NCBI GenBank assembly: GCA_963924565.1
Contig: OZ004615.1
Coordinates: 15,562,001 to 15,626,000, forward strand
Reading direction: 5' to 3'
Source: Ascidiella aspersa
Lineage: Eukaryota
Length of the DNA: 64,000 bases
Shown in pieces: positions 62,801 through 64,000 of the stretch (the stretch's first letter is position 1; each line of letters opens with the position of its first letter). The position numbers and the translations under genes are program-made. The notes under the pieces are model-generated. The model searched no databases, had not been told where the DNA came from, and was given only the letters and a program-made list of their open reading frames with translations.

Positions 62801-63166
62801 TCACAACGGCGTAAAGGTATTGTGCAAGGGGCTAAAGCCCTCACAAAGAAAAACAAGCAAACTAAAACGATGCAGCGTAAAGTCACGATATTAATCGCTA
62901 CTGACTTGTGCTGCTGGCTTCCAATCTGCATCATGACATTTCTCAGCATGGGTGGTGCTATTTTATCGCCCATGACTTATGCCATTTCTGCCATTCTCCT
63001 TTTGCCAATCAACAGCTCCCTGAATCCACTGATTTATACGAACTTAGTGCAAACGGTTTTTAAGCAAATTAGAACGTGTTTTTTTAAAGCTAAACAACGG
63101 TTTCCAAATTTTAAACCAAACACTCACGCAGCGTTTGATACGCCAAGCAAAACCACTGCTGTTTAA
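50894..63166 (+). CDS. Gene D: divergently oriented multi-LDLa GPCR paralog, ~1125 aa; join(50894..50945,51135..51263,53406..53534,57633..58200,58375..58674,59244..59696,59957..60059,61350..61548,61722..63166)
   Basis: Signal peptide MLLLALFSLVVVNCVNTG|gtgagt with an in-frame upstream stop. Same intron positions and phases as A/B; 3378 nt open frame. Distinct C-tail ending TTAV. Confidence 0.88.
51450..52045. mobile_element. hAT-type MITE (gene D intron 2)
   Basis: TIRs cagggatggcgaacc/ggttcgccatccctg; TSD cactagac/cagtagac. Confidence 0.88.
52054..53121. mobile_element. Second hAT-type MITE adjacent to the previous one
   Basis: Right TIR ggttggacatccctg, decayed left TIR taacgatgtccaacc; cagtagac on both sides. 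Confidence 0.75.
53605..55756. mobile_element. Nested hAT MITE stack (outer 53605-55756, middle 53935-55596, inner 54670-55302)
   Basis: Perfect TSDs ctatagag, gcctaaat and tgctagac respectively, each with matching cag...ctg/cag TIRs. Confidence 0.88.
53980..54568. repeat. Foldback-like element: 51-bp tandem units (aatgtgcgcacatt palindromes), central (CCCTAA/CTCTAA)n, inverted arms
   Basis: The left-arm subrepeats are reverse-complemented in the right arm; ends ggggatgcg / cacgtcccc. Confidence 0.85.
56640..57210. repeat. Second copy of the foldback-like 51-bp-unit element
   Basis: Same units and telomere-like core as 53980-54568, with more 51-bp units; followed by 3 copies of catgcacgagtgattatttg (57211-57280). 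Confidence 0.85.
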
Positions 63167-64000
63167 AATTCCGATGAGACAAACGGCATGCTTCATTTTT
63201 CTCAAATCAATTTACCATAGACAGTTTTGGTACATTATAGATTTTGGACACTTTGCATGCGACAGTATCTGTAAAGCAGTTGGTTTCAAACCCATATTAT
63301 TTCCATGTTGACCAAATTAAAAACTTTTAATAATTAAAAACACCCAGTTGGTTGTCGGCACTGTTTTACCTTCGTTTGTCAAATATCGGGCCCATCTGTA
63401 ATGTATATGTATTTTTTTCATTTTATTTTTTATTTTTTTAGAAAGGTTTTGAAAATAGTATTGGCAATTTTAATAAGGGATCTAAATATAAGTATCGAAA
63501 TCATCCAATAAGGTATTTTGCAACAAACCTTATCGCTTAATAAAATAGAAACATAAAATGTTTAAGTTTAAAACATTTAAAAATTTGTTTATAAAAAATA
63601 ATGAAAAAGAATAATTTGAATTGTATGTGTTGTCTATATCGAAGTTTGCAGTTCAAAATACATCTAGAAATAAATATTTACTTATAATCGTCTTGTTACA
63701 TCTATAGCCTGAATAATAAAAATCTGACTATAAACAATTTAATAATTTGACAGCAATTTAGATCAAAAGCACTTTGTCGCAGGATAGATACGGACACAAT
63801 CCCAAAAGTAGCTACTAAAGATAAGGATTGACTTTACGTTCTCGAACAAGACGTTTTGGTTGTCCTTTAACTGTGGCCTGCAACCGATGTAACCAGTTTA
63901 TTGTAACTGCGTTTTTTTTTAAAGATACAAGTCAATTCTATTAATAAAAAAAACATGAACAAAGACAGAAATTTCCACCGTATACAATATTTCAGCTAAA

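Overview
AT-rich eukaryotic (invertebrate) DNA with spliceosomal introns and a 200-N scaffold gap at 45357-45556. An ascidian origin is plausible but is inference. The window is dominated by a cluster of four paralogous 9-exon genes. Three lie in tandem on the minus strand (A 5894-18393, B 22681-37278, C 41700-46445 interrupted by the gap). The fourth (D 50894-63166) is on the plus strand, head-to-head with C. Splice junctions were traced by hand, and all phases are consistent for A, B and D. Each encodes a ~1125-1144 aa class A GPCR: signal peptide, then ~15 LDL-receptor class A (LDLa)-like modules joined directly to an RXFP/GRL101-type 7TM domain, with no leucine-rich repeats. Most LDLa modules are non-canonical 4-Cys variants and ECL2 is very long. 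The paralogs are mosaics of near-identical tracts and short hypervariable segments. Introns and intergenic DNA hold many hAT (Buster/Charlie-type) MITEs with 8-bp TSDs, a Helitron, a solo LTR, a Ty3/Gypsy gag remnant, a degenerate hammerhead-ribozyme motif, foldback-like repeats and a ~1.6-kb direct duplication at the left edge.
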